From NCBI RefSeq assembly GCF_001194135.2, contig NC_068996.1, positions 26,415,722 through 26,479,721 of the forward strand: a DNA stretch of 64,000 bases, read 5' to 3'. A program made the translations under genes and the position numbers. The notes beneath the pieces are model-generated. The model was given only the letters and a program-made list of their open reading frames with translations. It was not told the DNA's origin and ran no database searches. Positions 59,900 through 64,000 of this stretch are shown in pieces. Source of the DNA: Octopus bimaculoides. Its lineage: Eukaryota. The stretch's first letter is position 1. Every line of letters starts with the position of its first letter.

Positions 59900-60445
59900 T
59901 TCTCGGCACAAGGCCCGAAATTCTGGGGGAGGGGGCCAGTCGATTACATCGACTCCAGTACGCAACTGGTACTTAATTTATCAACCCCGAAAGGATGAAA
60001 GGCAAAGTCAACCTTGACAGAATTAGAACTCAGGACATAAGGACAGATGAAATACCGCAAAGCATTTCACCCGGCGTGCTAACGTTTCTTTATTGCCCAC
60101 AAGGGGCTAAACATAGAGGGGACAAACAAGGACAGGCAAAGGGATTAAGTCGATTACATCAATCCCAGTGCATAACTAGTATTAAATTTATCAACCCCGA
60201 AAGGATGAAAGGCAAAGTTGACCTCAGCGGATTTTGAACTCTGGACGTAGCGGCAGACGAAATACTGCTAAGCATTTCGCCTGGCATGCTAACATTTCTG
60301 CCAGCTCGCCGCCTTTGGCAAAGTATGTATGTAATGATGAAAGGCAAAGTCAACCTTGGTGGGATTTGAACTCAGAATGTAGCGGCAGATGAAATACCGT
60401 TAAGCATTTCGCCTGGTGTGTTAACGTTTCTGCCAGCTCACTATC
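59900..60445 (-). mobile_element. Tandem array of three SINE family B heads or units
   Basis: The block gatgaaaggcaaagt..acct...gaactc...gaaatac...agcatttc.cc.gg..tg.taacgtttct occurs at about 59995, 60205 and 60337. Confidence 0.88.
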
Positions 60446-60769
60446 TTAGTGGTGCTTATGATAAAAATTATGATGATGAAGAGGAGGAGGTGTTTGTAAA
60501 CAGATTGGGAACTATTAGCATTTGTAGCAACATTGGGGTGAGTTTTAATTTTGGAGGAAAGCGCTAGCTGACCATAGCTGACATTTTTTTTTTTTTTTTT
60601 TTTTTTTTTTGCCATTAAAGAAGAGAAACTTGGCTGATTGGCCTCTTGAATGTAGAGCTCTCAACTGATTATCTGTCTGGCTCATACAAAAAAATGACCT
60701 CACATTATTTCTATCTTGTCATATCAGGCTCTTTTATTCTTATTCCAAAACATGACTTTTCATTTGCAG

Positions 60770-61192
60770 ATCCCTCCCTATCTCTCTCTCTTTCTCTTCT
60801 TTTTCTTCAGCTTGCCCTACATAATATTTATCTTTTTATTACAATTGACCTCTTATCTTACAACAGTTATTTTTCTCTATCCCTTTACTCTCTCTATAAT
60901 TCTTACTCATTCTCACTCTATCTCTTTCTTTCTCGAATTTTCACTTATTCTCTCTCTCTATCTTTTCCTCTCTAAAACTTTTTACTCATCCTCACTCTGT
61001 CTTTTTCTCTCTTGAATGTTCACCCTTTCTCTTTTTATTTTGACATACTATTTTCTTTCTTTATTTTTTTTTTACTTCACCCCTTACTCTACTCTCTCTC
61101 TGTTTACCTTCATTTTACTCATAATACATCTCTGTTCACCTCTTTATCTTTTCATCTCAGACTTTAGTCTTCCCTCTTTGTCCATCTCTAAA

Positions 61193-61230
<38 letters not shown>

Positions 61231-61490
61231 CTTAACTATATTCACTCTTCCTAATTGTTGATCCATTTCTCAAAAGCTGGCTGTTCAATCTACATAATTT
61301 ACTTACTTTTCTTCTTTCTTTCTTCCTCTTTCTCTCTCTAGCTACCCATCTATAAATCTTTGCTTTTGACTCTCTCACCCTACTACTTGTCACTCTCTCT
61401 CTCTCTCTCTCTCTCCCTCTCTTTGCTACTATCACTATTTTCATCAACAAATCTACTACCATTATCACTACTACAACTACTATTTAAATC

Positions 61491-61537
<47 letters not shown>

Positions 61538-61653
61538 CACCACCACCACTAGTACTACTACTACTACCACCCCTACTGCTACTACTACCACCCCTACTAC
61601 TACTACCACCCCTACTACTACTACTACCACTACCACCACCACCATCACTACTG

Positions 61654-61684
<31 letters not shown>

Positions 61685-61725
61685 CACCATCACTACTACT
61701 ACTACTACTACTACTACTCAAGGCA
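60770..61725. repeat. CT-rich low-complexity tract followed by (ACT)n/(ACC)n
   Basis: Direct reading. Confidence 0.9.
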
Positions 61726-62029
61726 TGACCAGTCCTGTTAAATAACCTCTGCTATTTTACTTCTTCAGCTAAATGAGATGTAATTACAACTGAACTGACC
61801 GTAATTCATGCAGCAAAGGTAAACAAGTAAACAAACAAAAACAAATAAACAAGCTAACAAACAAATAAAACAAATAATTAAATAGTACATTGTCTTTTGT
61901 TTGTTTGTTCTCGGTTGTTGAAATTGAAGCAGTGGAGGTGGGGGAGGAGAGGTGTATGTTATATCCACCTTCCACAAGCAACCACCCCCACCCAAACTGG
62001 TCACAGCACCACCCAGGTAAATACACAAT

Positions 62030-62340
62030 AATGATGATTATAGTGATGATGATAATAACAGTGAAGATGATGATGACGATGATAATAGTGGTGGTGATGG
62101 TGGTGGTGATGATGATGGTGGTGGTGGTGGTGGTGGTGGTAGAAGTGGTAATGAAGATGAAGATGGAGGTGTTAATAACGATGATGGTATTCTTGGTTGT
62201 AATGATGATGACAACATTGGTGGTGATGATGTGGGAGTGTGGCAGTGATGATGATGATGGTGGTGGTTGTGGTGGTAATGAAGACAATAATGAGATAGGT
62301 GTGATAGTGATGGTGATGATGATGTTGACGAAGGAGGAGT
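62030..62340. repeat. (GAT)n/(GGT)n low-complexity tract
   Basis: Direct reading. Confidence 0.9.
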
Positions 62341-62364
62341 AGCAGCTAATGTACTTGATTAGAT

Positions 62365-62620
62365 TCATTTCATTTGGTTCAATAGGTTTAAAACTTTGAC
62401 TCTCCATACAAAACAGGCTAAAATTCCCATCTCTTCCAGATTCTGTTTCACAACGGAAGCACATATAGCTGGTTGTGTGATTAAGGAAGTATGCAGTACT
62501 GGGTTCAAATCGTTTAATGTGACATTTAATTGCAAATGTCTTTTACTATTGTTCCAGGTTGACAAATACCTTACTCTTCTACCAATTTCAGTCTGTGATC
62601 TGAGGTCATTTTGGAGACAT
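62365..62620 (-). mobile_element. Probable old LINE relic (post-RT region)
   Basis: NDLRSQTEIGRRVRY... resembles the DxRSxxEIxRRI motif that follows YLG in RTE-like ORF2. Confidence 0.35.
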
Positions 62621-63424
62621 CACTTTACTTAAAAAATTTTTTTAATTTTATTTTATATCACAATTCAGTAAGCAATGCTGATTGCAGGTTTCCAAAGGAC
62701 CAATTGCTAGTTGGCTGCGTTTCTGAGAGCAAGCATGGAAAACGGGAGTGTCTGTAACTTAAAATGGCAATGGCATGGGACTGCAGCATGGCAGATGTTG
62801 AAGAGGTAATAGAAAAGTTCAATTGAGTCAATGGTGCTTCTTACATTGATGATGAGTGGAGGAATCCTAGAAGATCAACAGTCAGGATCACCAAGCTCTA
62901 TCAAGAGAGGAACTGTAATGCATCCATAGGGGAGGCATCCATGGTTGTATAATCAGCTGATGAAGGATTCACTATGACTCAAGCTTTCAATTCAAACTCA
63001 TAATTGCAGAACTGGATGGCAGCAGTGAGTCATGAGAATCTATGAAAGTAGTGACATATCATAAGGGATAATGCACTGGTTGGTATCTTTCACTGATATC
63101 ACTGATATACATCAGTGAAGTACACATGCATACACTTTTTTATCTTTTACTAGTTTCAGTCATTGGACTGCAGCCCTGTGGTGGCCCCCACCTTGAAGAG
63201 TTTCAGACAAACAAATGAATCAACCACAGTAATTATAATTTTGAAGTCTCTTTTGAAGTATCCATCACAAGATTACTCATCTTTGTTAGCTGAGTGGATT
63301 GGAGCAACATGAAATTAAGTGTTTTGCTCAAGAATACATCACACAATCCAGGAATCGAAACTACAATCATGAGCGGAACACCTAAAACACTAAGCCATGT
63401 GTCTCCATACACACACACATATAC

Positions 63425-63590
63425 AATGGACTTTTTTCTGTTTCTATCCACTAAATATACTCACAAGTTTTGGGTCGGCCTGGGGCTATAACAGAAAATA
63501 CTTGCCCGAGGTGCCACACAGTAGGACTGAACCCGAAACCACATGGTTGGGAAGCAAACTTTTCGGCCACACAGCCAGACCTGCGCCTAC
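63425..63590 (-). mobile_element. SINE family A, 5' half
   Basis: Head motif on the minus strand; a further copy lies at 63820-63960. Confidence 0.8.
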
Positions 63591-64000
63591 ATATGTACAT
63601 ATGTATACAAACATATGCACATATGTATCATTTTTTAGATTGTTTTTCATGTATGCATGGACTAGACAAGTACATTGATATATCACTGCATACCTTTCTT
63701 GTGGTTTAAAGGTGCAAAATCACCAGCCCATTTATTAACATGGAGAATGACAACTCCATTTGTAAATCAGTGAAGTGATATTTGGAGAAGTGCAAATGTA
63801 AACACACACACACACACGACAGACTTCTTTCAGTTTCCATCTACTGAACAAACTCACAAGGATTTGGTTGGCTCAGGCTTTAGTAGAAGACACTCGCCCA
63901 CGGTGCCACTTTGTGGGACTCAACCCGGAACTATGTGCTTCTCGACCACACAGCCACGTCTACACACATACACATGCATACTTATAAACGTGTTCGCTCA

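Noticed and set aside
61360-61728. Mucin-like or Pro/Leu-rich ORFs
   Set aside because: These are translations of (ACT)n/(ACC)n simple repeats.

Overview
AT-rich, gap-riddled eukaryotic DNA made almost entirely of transposon relics, SINEs and microsatellites. The repeat families resemble those of octopod cephalopods, probably Octopus; this is inferred from recalled repeat consensus sequences, not a database hit. No host protein-coding gene can be supported. The long ORF-track entries are artefacts of N-gaps and simple repeats, and only a few weak candidate exons exist. Recognisable content: several tRNA-headed SINE families, RTE and L1-Tx1 LINE fragments, mariner/Tc1, MULE, Gypsy and Helitron relics, and fold-back elements. 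The main signal is an unusually rich set of Penelope-like elements (PLEs) and their non-coding derivatives. At least five distinct repeat families carry minimal type I hammerhead ribozyme (HHR) motifs. These include a rearranged Naiad-type PLE bracketed by inverted HHR repeats, a tRNA-headed SINE-like unit fused to an HHR that forms the terminus of a GIY-YIG PLE, and a family whose HHR core consistently reads CUGU(U/G)GA instead of CUGANGA. All motif calls and translations were made by eye, and boundaries are approximate unless stated.
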